Shown: positions 8,834 to 18,200 of the stretch, piece by piece
Layout: each line of letters starts with the position of its first letter
Position numbering within the stretch: position 1 is the first letter of the stretch
Origin: an uncultured delta proteobacterium
Lineage (GTDB): Bacteria > Myxococcota_A > Polyangia > Polyangiales > JAFGIB01
Direction of reading: 5' to 3'
Length of the DNA stretch: 64,000 nt
NCBI GenBank assembly: GCA_963778655.1
Contig: CAVZVA010000003.1
Location: 256,001 to 320,000 of the forward strand
Position numbers and translations under genes: made by a program
Notes under the pieces: model-generated
What the model was told of the DNA's origin: nothing
The model's input: the letters and a program-made list of their open reading frames with translations, nothing else
Database searches by the model: none

Positions 8834-10495
8834 TCAGGGGACGATCGCGTTGCCGCTGACGTCGATGTGGGTGCCGTTGACCACCAGCTGGGGTGCGGCG
8901 TTGCCGCTCAGGCGGTTGTCCTTGACCTCACCGCCATCAACGCTCGACCGGAGCTCGATGCCGAAACCGTTGCCCATGCCCGAGGCGGTGTCGCTGAACC
9001 TGTTGTCGTCGATCTGCAGCCGCTGGACCTGACTGCTCACCAGCCCGAAGCTGCGCGAGTCGTGGCTACCGCCCGGGTTGTCGCTGTAGGCCAGTAGCCC
9101 GTCGTGGCTGCCGCCCATGTTGGCGTGGGCGATGCTGTTGCCGATCACGCGGATGTCGAAGCTGCCGTAGGTGTCGTACGAGCTTTCCTGCGCCAGGTAG
9201 ACGCCGGCCCACTGGGTGCGATCGATGTCGTTGTGCTCGAACGCGATGAAGCCGGCACCGACCGCGGCGAGCCCGCGCGCGTGGCCGTCACGACCCCAGT
9301 TCGCGATGCAGCTGCAATGGTGCACGGGGTCTCCGTCGCCTTGGTAGCCGACGAAGGCGTAGAAGTCGTCGCCGCGGCCGGCGGAGGTCTGCGCGCGGTT
9401 GGCCACCACCTGGCAGAAGCGCGAGCCCGCGGTGTGATGGAAGGCGTCGGCGAAACCATCGTGGGCGTAGTCGAAGGCCCACAGCCCGCCTTCCTCGGCG
9501 ATTGCGAAGAAGTGCGCGCTCGCGCTCTGCGCGACCTCGGTGCCGATCACCAGCGTGTCGTGGACGAAGCTGCCGCTCGCGGAGTCGGGGCCGACCCAGA
9601 TCCCGGATGCGCCAGGGGTGGTGTCGCGCGCGCTCGCATCGATGGTGAGCAAGAGGAACAGCGCCCCGCTGCGGTCGCCGGCCAGGTGAACCGCGGCGTG
9701 CGCCGGGTCGGTGCCGTGCAGGATGCCGCCGCTGTCCTCGGGCCAGCGCCGCAGCCGCACATCGGCCCCGACGCTCAAGACCTTGGAATGATCGAAGGTC
9801 CCCGCCGGCACCAGCACGTCCACCGGCGCGCCCGGCGAGGCCATGGCCGCGGCCGCGTCGAGCGCAGCCTGGATCGCATCGGAGGCATCGGCGGGCGCGG
9901 GCGCCGCATGGTAGGGCGCATCGGTGATCGAAATCGCGCGCGCCGCGGGCGCAGCCGCGGGCAGCAGGCGCATGATCTGCTCGGCGCTGAGCGGATGGCC
10001 CGGGCTGAACGGCACGAAGCGCAGCGCCGAATACGCGTCCTGGCCTTCCCACTGCGCGAGCGCCGGAAAGCCATCGGCGTCCGGCGTCCAGATGCCCGAC
10101 GCGGGCACCTCCACGTAGTCAAGGTAGGTGCGGCGGGCGGTGTCGATGGCGACCAGGTTCCAGCCCGGCGTCGCGGCGAGCGCGCCGCCGTCGCTCGGGG
10201 CGCCCGCGTCGCTGGGGGCACCGGCGTCCCGACCGGCGTCGGCAGCGCCGGACCCGCCGTCGACCTGGAGGCGACCCGCGTCGCGGCCGCTGACACCGGC
10301 GTCGATCCGCGTGCTCGCCGCTGCGTCCGCATCACCCCCCGAGGGTTGCCCCGCAGCAGCCGCGCCGGAGTCGCCACCGTCGCCGGGCCGCGTGCCGGCG
10401 TCCTTTAGTGGCGCGGGCCGGGCGTGCGAGCACCCCAGCAGCAAGACCGCCGCAGCGACGCTCGAGCACAGGCCAGGCAAGAAGATCCTCGGCAT
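8834..10495 (-). CDS. Right-handed parallel beta-helix (pectin-lyase-like) lipoprotein
   Basis: Lipobox LLGC, DAG-rich linker, DASDAIQAALD...VLVPAGTF start of beta-helix, ADAFH and GDD, PbH1-like repeats. Confidence 0.75.
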   Translation of the reverse strand: MPRIFLPGLCSSVAAAVLLLGCSHARPAPLKDAGTRPGDGGDSGAAAAGQPSGGDADAAASTRIDAGVSGRDAGRLQVDGGSGAADAGRDAGAPSDAGAPSDGGALAATPGWNLVAIDTARRTYLDYVEVPASGIWTPDADGFPALAQWEGQDAYSALRFVPFSPGHPLSAEQIMRLLPAAAPAARAISITDAPYHAAPAPADASDAIQAALDAAAAMASPGAPVDVLVPAGTFDHSKVLSVGADVRLRRWPEDSGGILHGTDPAHAAVHLAGDRSGALFLLLTIDASARDTTPGASGIWVGPDSASGSFVHDTLVIGTEVAQSASAHFFAIAEEGGLWAFDYAHDGFADAFHHTAGSRFCQVVANRAQTSAGRGDDFYAFVGYQGDGDPVHHCSCIANWGRDGHARGLAAVGAGFIAFEHNDIDRTQWAGVYLAQESSYDTYGSFDIRVIGNSIAHANMGGSHDGLLAYSDNPGGSHDSRSFGLVSSQVQRLQIDDNRFSDTASGMGNGFGIELRSSVDGGEVKDNRLSGNAAPQLVVNGTHIDVSGNAIVP

Positions 10496-10793
10496 GAGGC
10501 CCCGCAACTACGTACCATCCGCACCGCGAGCAGGCTCACTAAACCGCGGCCGAAACGCGGGCACGGCCTCGGCGCAGTGCGGATGCCGGCTCGAGCGCCC
10601 CGGGCCGCCAACGCGGCGTTGGGGATTCGGCAATCGCCAAGCTCGCTGCGCTGCTGGGCTCCGTAGTCGCCGCCGTGCACCGGCACCCTCGTGCTGGTGC
10701 TCGGTGCCCGAGCCGCTGCCGGCGCCGCTGCGAGCGAAGCCTAGCCCGCACGCCGTGAAACAGCCCGCCGTGGCGAAGCCAGCAGCGCCGCGT

Positions 10794-12725
10794 CTATTCG
10801 CGGCGCGGCGGCGCGGGGCGAGAGCTGCGGGTGCGGGCTTGCAGGTCGATGCCGCGCTGGCCGAGCTTGCTCGGGTCGAACAGCAGCTCGAGGTGGTAGG
10901 TGCCGTAGTCGAGATCGGCGGTCACCTTGTGGCCGCTGCGGTGAAACACGCGCAGCATCGGCGTGTTGGACGCGAGCACCTCGGCGTAGAAGCCGGCGAT
11001 GCCCTTGGCGTAGGCGATCTGCGCGATGCGGCGCAGCAGCGCGGTGCCGATTCCGCGGCCCTGCTGGTCGTCGAGCACGGTGAACGCGACCTCGGCCAGG
11101 CCGTTGCGCAAATCGACGTCGTAGCGCGCGACCCCGAGGATGCGCTCCTGCTCGGCGTCGAAGGCGATCAGCGTCATGCTGTTCTGGTAGTCCAGATCGA
11201 CCAGCGCTTGCGTTTCCGCGTGTGGATGCGCCTTCTTGTGCATCATGTAGCGGCGGTAGATGCTCTCCTCACTCAGTGAGTACAGGAAGGCTTGCAGCGC
11301 CATCTCGTCGGTGACGCGCGCCGGACGCAACGTGATCAGCGAGCCGTCGCGCAACCGCGCCTGGTGCTCCTCGCGCCACGGATACTGGGCCCTGGGCACG
11401 ACCTGGTCGGGGAAGATGTAGCGGCGCTGCTTGGCCTCGGCCGTGAGCTCGGCGCGGAAGTCGGGGTGCGCGATCGCGATCAGCGCGACCGCGCGCTCGC
11501 GGATGCTCTTGCCCCACAGATCGGCGACACCGTGCTCGGTCACCACGTAGCGCACGTCGCCACGGCTGGTGACCACGCCGGCGCCCTGGTCGAACGCCGC
11601 CTGAAGCCGGCTGATCGAGCCCGCCTTGGCGGTCGAGGGCAGCGCGATGATCGACTTGCCGCCGCGGCTGCGCGCGGCGCCGCGCACGAAGTCCACCTGG
11701 CCGCCGATCCCGGAGAAGAACTTGCCCGACAGCGTGTCGGATGCGACCTGCCCGGTCAGGTCGACCGCGAGCGCCGAGTTGATCGACACCATGCGCTCGT
11801 TGCGCGCGATCGCGAGCGGGTCGTTGGTGAAGTCGGAGCCGCGCATCTCGACCGCCGGATTGTCGTGCACCCAGCGGTACAGCCGCTCGCTGCCCATCAC
11901 GAACGAGGTCACCATCTTTCCGGGCAGCAAGGTCTTCTGGCTGCCGGTGATCACGCCCGAAAGCGCCAGCTCCATCACGCCGTCCGACAGTAGCTCGGTG
12001 TGCACGCCGAGATCCCGGTGCTCCGAGAGCGCGGTCAGCACGGCGTTGGGGATGCCCCCGATGCCGGTCTGGATGGTGGCCCCGTCGGGCACCAGGCCGG
12101 CGACGTGACGGCCGATCTCGCGCTCGATCTCGCCGGGCGCCTCGATCGCGAGCTCGGGCAGCGGGGCGTCGCACGGCACCAGGTAGTCGATGCGCGAGAC
12201 GGGCACGAAGGAATCGCCGTGCGTGCGCGGCATGCGCTCGTTGACCTGAGCGATCACCAGCTCGGCGGCGTTGACCGCAGCGCGCACGATGTCCACAGAC
12301 ACCCCGAGGCTGACGTAGCCGTGGACATCGGGTGGGCTGACCTGCACCAGCGCCACGTCCACGCGCACGCGCCGCATACGGATCAGCTCCGGGATCTCGG
12401 ATAGAAAGACCGGAATGAAATCGGCGCGCCCGTCCTGAACCGCCTCGCGCACGTTGGGACCGATGAAGAAGGCAGTGTGGCGAAACTGGTGCTGGAACTC
12501 CGGCCTGACGTAAGGCGCTGGGCCGAGCGTCAACAGGTGCACGATCTCGTTGTCGGAAAGGTGCGCGCCGTGCGCGACCAGGGCCTCGACCAGCGCCGCG
12601 GGCTCGGCCGCGCCCGAGCCGATCAGGATGCGGCGCCCGGGCCGGATCGCCTGGATCGCGCGCCGGGGGTCCGCGATCTTGTCCGCATACGCCTGACGCC
12701 AGTCACTCTTGGTTGGCTCGCTCAT
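10794..12725 (-). CDS. Acetyl-CoA hydrolase/CoA-transferase fused to C-terminal GNAT acetyltransferase
   Basis: ATIQTGIGGIP, LGVHTE, SGIGGQVDFVRGA, GVADLWGKS; GNAT AEVAFTVLDDQQGRGIG. Confidence 0.92.
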   Translation of the reverse strand: MSEPTKSDWRQAYADKIADPRRAIQAIRPGRRILIGSGAAEPAALVEALVAHGAHLSDNEIVHLLTLGPAPYVRPEFQHQFRHTAFFIGPNVREAVQDGRADFIPVFLSEIPELIRMRRVRVDVALVQVSPPDVHGYVSLGVSVDIVRAAVNAAELVIAQVNERMPRTHGDSFVPVSRIDYLVPCDAPLPELAIEAPGEIEREIGRHVAGLVPDGATIQTGIGGIPNAVLTALSEHRDLGVHTELLSDGVMELALSGVITGSQKTLLPGKMVTSFVMGSERLYRWVHDNPAVEMRGSDFTNDPLAIARNERMVSINSALAVDLTGQVASDTLSGKFFSGIGGQVDFVRGAARSRGGKSIIALPSTAKAGSISRLQAAFDQGAGVVTSRGDVRYVVTEHGVADLWGKSIRERAVALIAIAHPDFRAELTAEAKQRRYIFPDQVVPRAQYPWREEHQARLRDGSLITLRPARVTDEMALQAFLYSLSEESIYRRYMMHKKAHPHAETQALVDLDYQNSMTLIAFDAEQERILGVARYDVDLRNGLAEVAFTVLDDQQGRGIGTALLRRIAQIAYAKGIAGFYAEVLASNTPMLRVFHRSGHKVTADLDYGTYHLELLFDPSKLGQRGIDLQARTRSSRPAPPRRE

Positions 12726-12827
12726 GACAGCGGTGATCTTACTCCAACGACCGAGCGGCACAGGCGCTTTCTAGGTTACCTCTTCGTTTTGTGTGGCGCC
12801 GCACGGCCCGATTGGGCTACTGCAGCT

Positions 12828-13872
12828 CTACTGCCCCTGCTCCACGGCGTGCGGATGCGCCATCGACTGGCGCAGCTCGGCGCAGTGGTCCACGTCGCTG
12901 ATGCGCGGGGTGAACCAGACGTACGCGAACGGCAGGCTCTGGGTATCGAAAACCTCCGCATAGCGCTCGGGTTGGATCAGGCCGTGCTGGACCTCGACCA
13001 ACCCGAGCGCCAGCGAGGGCGTGCCGTAAGCGCGCGCCAGCGCGGAGGGCACGCCCTGGTCGTCGCGCACGTGCCCCGCGCCCGCAATCAGCACTGCGCC
13101 GCCCGCGCGCTCGGCGCCTTCGTGCAGGCGCTCGGCCAGCTGCGCGTCGCGCGCGCGCTGCACCAGCACCATCGCATCGAGCATCGACTCGGGCAGCAGC
13201 CCGCAGTGCGCGTCGGCCATCTCACGGCGCAGGCGCGCCTGCGCATCGGATGGCAGCGGCTGGTCGAGCCCGAAGCGCCGCACCAGCTCTGGCGGCAGCG
13301 CGCCGCTGCCCTCGCGGGCGATGCGCATCGCGGCGTCGCGATCGAGGCCGGCACCCAGAGATCGGCAGCCCCGCCTGCAGCGCACGCGCGAACAGCGGCC
13401 GGTAGATCGCGAAGGCTGGCCAACCCGAATGCTCCCAATCGAGCGCGCGCGCCAGCGCGTCGGGATCCGCGGGGCGCTGCGCGCGCGTGCGACCGACCAG
13501 CGCCTGCTGCCCCACGTCGATCATCTCGAACACGACCGCCGGCCGGCGTCCGGCCGCGATCACCTGCTCGAGCAGCCGCGCCTGCAGGGCGTGATGGTCC
13601 GGGTTGTCGTGCTGCTCGCCGATCAGCAGCAGCTTCGCGGCCACGGCCTGCTCGCGCAGCTCGGCCTCCTGCACGAAGCGCCGCTGCCCCACGCTGAAGA
13701 TGCGCCCGACCAGCGGGTTGTCGCGATCGAGCGTGCTCTGCCACGCCGGCTGCGGTTGCACCTGGGCCTGCGCCCTGGCGTGCGCGGGCGCGCGAGGGGC
13801 CTGCGGCCCGCGCGCGCACGCGACCAGGGACGCGGCCGCCAGCGAGGCGAGCAGGAGAGGGAGGCGCAGCAC
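12828..13872 (-). CDS. ChaN-family (haem-uptake/TIKI-like) lipoprotein, split by one +1 frameshift near 13358
   Basis: LIGEQHDNPDHH, FEM, HCGLLP, QRARDAQLA, LIAGAGHVR across ORFs 13222-13872 and 12828-13385; removing one base gives LPILGAGLDRD. Confidence 0.85.
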
Positions 13873-13881
13873 GTGCGGCAG

Positions 13882-13945
13882 CCTAAATCAAAGTTCGCGA
13901 TTCGGGATCGAATCACAGACTCTGATTTCTCCTTTGATTGTTAGG
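13882..13945. repeat. AT-rich inverted repeat just upstream of the ChaN start
   Basis: CCTAAATCAAAG (13882) versus CTTTGATTGTTAGG (to 13945), complementary apart from a 2-nt gap. Confidence 0.5.
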
Positions 13946-13969
13946 GAGTCGCGCCGACTCCCTGTGCGC

Positions 13970-14146
13970 GAGCACCGAACAGGCTGAAGCCGTATGAATT
14001 CGGAGCATTTCGCCGCAGGCGCGAGCGCGCCCGGAGGACCGACCCGAGCCATGCTCGCTGCCTTTCGCAAGGTCGGGCCGAGGTCGAAAGCCGCGCATGT
14101 GGGCAAAGACGGAGGACTTCATAGGCGCTCAACCTGTTCGGTGCTC
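13970..14146. mobile_element. MITE-like element, copy A (terminal inverted repeats GAGCACCGAACAGG.TGA)
   Basis: gagcaccgaacaggctga at 13970-13987 and tcaacctgttcggtgctc at 14129-14146 are 17/18 complementary; intergenic. Confidence 0.65.
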
Positions 14147-14174
14147 TCGCCCAATCCGCCGCGCGCGCCCCGGC

Positions 14175-14906
14175 CTAGGGACCAAAGGCGTGGCGACACA
14201 ACGCCGCGACGATTTCCTGGGGTGCGTGCTCCACCAACGCGTGGATCTGCTCGCTCCACCAGTCGCTCAAGGGCTGAACCTCGGCCTGCTCGAAGCGGTG
14301 CTCGTGCATCTGCGCCCCCTGCGCGCGGAACGTCACCACGTCCAGCGGGTAGCCGACGTCGCTTGCGCTCGTGCGCGTCGCGTCGAACGCCAGCATGCCC
14401 ACCTTGAGCGCGTCGTACACGTCCGACTCGTAACGCAGCATGCGGTCGAGCACCGGCTTTCCATAGTCGGACTCACCGATGATGTGATACGGGGTGGTGC
14501 GGCTGACCTCTACCCAGTTGCCTTCGGAATACACCATGTACAGGCGCTGCTCGACGTCGTCGTCGAGCTGGCCGCCGATCAGCGCCTGCAAGTCGATGCG
14601 CAGCCCGCTGCGGCCCAGGAACTCGCGGTCCTCGTCGCCGACACGCCGCAGCTGCGCGGCAAAGAAGTTCACCAGCTCGTACAATCGCGCAAATGGCCGA
14701 GGGTGCTGCGCCAGCTCCACCTCGAAGTAGGTCAGGGTCTTGTCGCGCACCGAGCGCAGACCACTGGTCATCACGAACACCTCGTGCCCCGCGTGGGCAT
14801 GCAGCGTGACCTTTTTTGCGACGTCGATCTGGGTGCCGCTGCTCAAGCGTGTGTCTGCGATGCCCACCAGCCCGTCGTGGGTCTTCATGCCGAGGCAGAA
14901 CGTCAT
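14175..14906 (-). CDS. Proteasome-type protease (Anbu-like, Ntn hydrolase)
   Basis: N-terminal Met-Thr (MTFCLG), ADTRLSSG, IGESDYGKPVLDR, SASDVGYPLD. Confidence 0.9.
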   Translation of the reverse strand: MTFCLGMKTHDGLVGIADTRLSSGTQIDVAKKVTLHAHAGHEVFVMTSGLRSVRDKTLTYFEVELAQHPRPFARLYELVNFFAAQLRRVGDEDREFLGRSGLRIDLQALIGGQLDDDVEQRLYMVYSEGNWVEVSRTTPYHIIGESDYGKPVLDRMLRYESDVYDALKVGMLAFDATRTSASDVGYPLDVVTFRAQGAQMHEHRFEQAEVQPLSDWWSEQIHALVEHAPQEIVAALCRHAFGP

Positions 14907-15288
14907 GATCTTCCTTCCGCCTGAGCATACACGCTCGGGTTCGCTCCGTCCCCAACGCCGCGCGCCGGCGGCCGTGCCCGCGCGAGGATAGACCTCGCGC
15001 CTTCGGCGCGAGTGACCAGCAGCTGAACCCGCTCGACAACAGCTTGCGCTGGAGTCGGTTTACGCCCGCTCCCTTCGAGGGCCCACCCGTGCACTACGCG
15101 GTACCGGACGACGCGCTCGAGGCAGGCGGCCGCTCCCAAGCGAGCGCTGCCTCGACGCGGTCGCGACCGCAGCGCGAGCACGAAACGGCCGACATGTCGG
15201 TCCTGCGTCACCATGACGCGGACGCGCTCGGGATGGCATCATGGACGCCCGCCCGTAGGGCGAGCACACCACGCAACCGAAGAGGCTG

Positions 15289-18200
15289 ATGAGCCGAGAC
15301 GGCAAGCTCGGGACGTTCGGAGGCGTCTACACCCCGTCGCTACTGACGATCCTGGGCGTGATCATGTACTTGCGCCTGCCCTGGGTGGTGGGCAGCGCGG
15401 GCCTGCGGCAGGCGCTCGGCATCATCCTGGTCGCCCACGTGATCTCGATCGGCACGGGGTTGAGCATCTCGTCGATCGCGACCGACAAGGCCGTGGGCGC
15501 GGGCGGTCCTTATTACATCATCTCGCGCAGCCTGGGCCTGCCGCTGGGCGGAGCACTGGGCCTGTCGTTGTGCGTGGGTCTGGCGTTCAGCATCAGCCTC
15601 TACGTGATCGGCTTCTCCGAGAGCCTGTTGACCTATTTCAAGCTCTCGACCTCGACCGACAACATCCGCATCTGCGGCACGATCGCGATCGTCGCGCTCA
15701 CCATCGTCACCTTCATCAGCACCGCGCTGGCGATCAAGGCGCAGTACGTGATCATGGGCCTGATCGGGCTGTCGCTGGTCTCGATCCTGGTGGGCGGCTT
15801 CGGGCTCGACCCCGCGGCCGCCCGCGCCAGCACCGCCCCCGCCGCGCCCCCGCTGGCCGATCTGTTCGCAATCTTCTTCCCTGCGGTGACTGGCTTCACG
15901 GCCGGCGTGAACATGTCGGGCGATCTGCGCTCGCCCAAGCGCTCGATTCCGAGCGGGACCATGCTCGCCATCGCCACCGGCTTCGTGGTCTACGTCGGCT
16001 TGGCGGTGTTCCTCGCGCTGCGCGTGCCCGCCGACCGCCTGGTGCACGACCCCGAGCTGTTGATCCACATCTCGTGGTCCGGTCCGCTGGTCGTCGCCGG
16101 CATCTGGTCCGCCACGCTGTCGTCGGCGCTCGGCAGCATCCTGGGCTCGCCGCGCATCCTGCAGGCGGTCGCGGCGGACGGCATCGTGCCGAGGTTCTTC
16201 GCGCGCGGGTACGGCCCCACGCAGGAGCCGCGCAACGCGCTCGTGCTCTCGTTCTTGCTGGGCGAGGCCGGCATCCTGATCGGCGAGCTCGACGCGATCG
16301 CGCGCATCGTCTCGATGATCTTCTTGACGATGTACTGCGTGCTCAATTTCAGCTGCGCGCTCGAGAGCTGGGCGAGCCCCGACTTTCGGCCCGAGTTCCG
16401 CATCCCGCGCTCGATCAGCGTGGTGGGCGCGGTCACCTGCCTGGTGGTGATGATCCAGCTCGACCTGGCGGCGATGGCGGGCGCCATGCTGCTGATGGCC
16501 GCGCTGTACTTCCACCTGCAGCGGCGGCAGTTGCGCCTGGAGTCCGGTGATACCTGGGAGGGCTTCTGGGCCAAGGTCGTGCGCGCCGGTCTGCACCGAC
16601 TCTCGACCGGCGCCCACCAAGAACGGCTGTGGAAGCCCAACGTGCTGGCGTTCTACGCGGCCGCCGAGGAGGAAACGCGCGCCAAGGCGCGGCGTCAGCT
16701 GGCCGAAGCGCTGGTGGGCAGGGCGGGCATCCTCACCCATGTCCGGCTCGCTGCCGAGCCCGCGCCGGCCGCGCCGGAACACGGGCCGCCCGCCAAGCCG
16801 GCGGCCGAAGCCCGCGCCGCGAGCGAGCCGCGGCCGCGCATGGGCGTGTTCCATCGCGAGCTCGCGCCCGGCCCCGACCCCGACGCCAGCATCGCGGACT
16901 TCTGCCGCCACCACGGCTTCGCGGGCATCGAGCCCAACACGGTGCTGCTGCGCTGGACGGAGTACGCGGCGCAGCCCGAGCGTCTGGCCGCGCTGCTGAG
17001 CGAGGTAGCGCGGATGGACTTCAACCAGCTGGTGCTTGCCCAGGGCGCCCGGCCCGAGCGCGACCCCAAGCGGCGGGTCGACATCTGGTGGCGCGACCAG
17101 GGCGGCAACCTGCCGCTGTCGCTGTCGCTGGCGCGCTTCATCACCGCCTCGCCCGGCTGGGAGCACGCATCCATCCGCTTCTTGCTGCTGAGCGAGAACG
17201 CGGGCAACAACGACGTGCTGCGCGCCAAGGCGCGCCGCTACCTCGAGGGCATGCGCGTCTAGGCCGACGTCAAGGTCATCAGCAACACCCTCAGCGCCAA
17301 GGGAGACGAGGATTGGTTGCTCGACGAATCGGCCGACGCCGACCTGGTGCTGGTGCCGCTGCCGGACCAGCCGAGCGCGGCCGACGGCCAGTTCCTTACC
17401 CGCGTCGCGCGCGTGCTCGGCGAGCTGCACCACGTGCTGATCTTCCGCGCCTCGTCGAGCTTCGAGGAGGTGCTGAGCGGGGGGCATGCGGCGAGCACGT
17501 CGCTGCTGCCCGGCCCTGAGGACGATGACGAGCGCTTCCGCCTGCCGCCGCTCGAGTTGCCGCGGCCCGCGGTGCTACAGGGCTACATGGCCGATGCGGC
17601 CGCCGCCTACGAGCGCGCGCTGGCCGGGCTCGACGAGCATTGCCTGTCCCGTCTGCACAGCCGCAACGTGGAGCTCGTGCGGCAGGTGCGCGGCGCGCTC
17701 GAGCACCAGCTCGAGGTGCTGGAAAAAGGCCTGGCCGGGACCAATGCGCGGCGAAGGCACACCCTGCTCCACCGCTTCTCGAGCTCGTTCGTGATCGACG
17801 TCCAGGCGGCGATCGAGCGACACCAGCACGACGGCGTGCCCGACCAGCAAGCCGCGCTCGAGGGCCGCATCGGCGCCTTCCTCGACCAGGAGAGCGCGAT
17901 CGGGTTGGGCAAGGGCGGGGCGCTGATCGTCGAGCGCGAGGCTTCGGAGCTGACGCCCGACCCGACCGACCCGGCGCACCTGCGGCGCCTCAAGCGCAGG
18001 CTGCGCGCGCGCGCGTGGCTGGGGCGAAGAACGCCGCGCTACCGGCTCGCCCCCGCCGCGCTCGAGCGCCACTACTTCGATCGCGCCAAGCGCGAGCTGC
18101 TGGAGGGGCCGGTGCGCCGGATGGCGATCGAGAGCCACCAGCTCGCGGTGCGGGTCGGCCAGCTGCTGTGCGCCTCGCGCGCGGGCATCACCGCGATCGT

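Noticed and set aside
17260..17262. Pyrrolysine or genome-wide TAG recoding
   Set aside because: TAG ends several ordinary genes here (MFS 28932, lipoprotein 56057, 61477) and no pyl genes are visible; kept only as a minor option in the findings.
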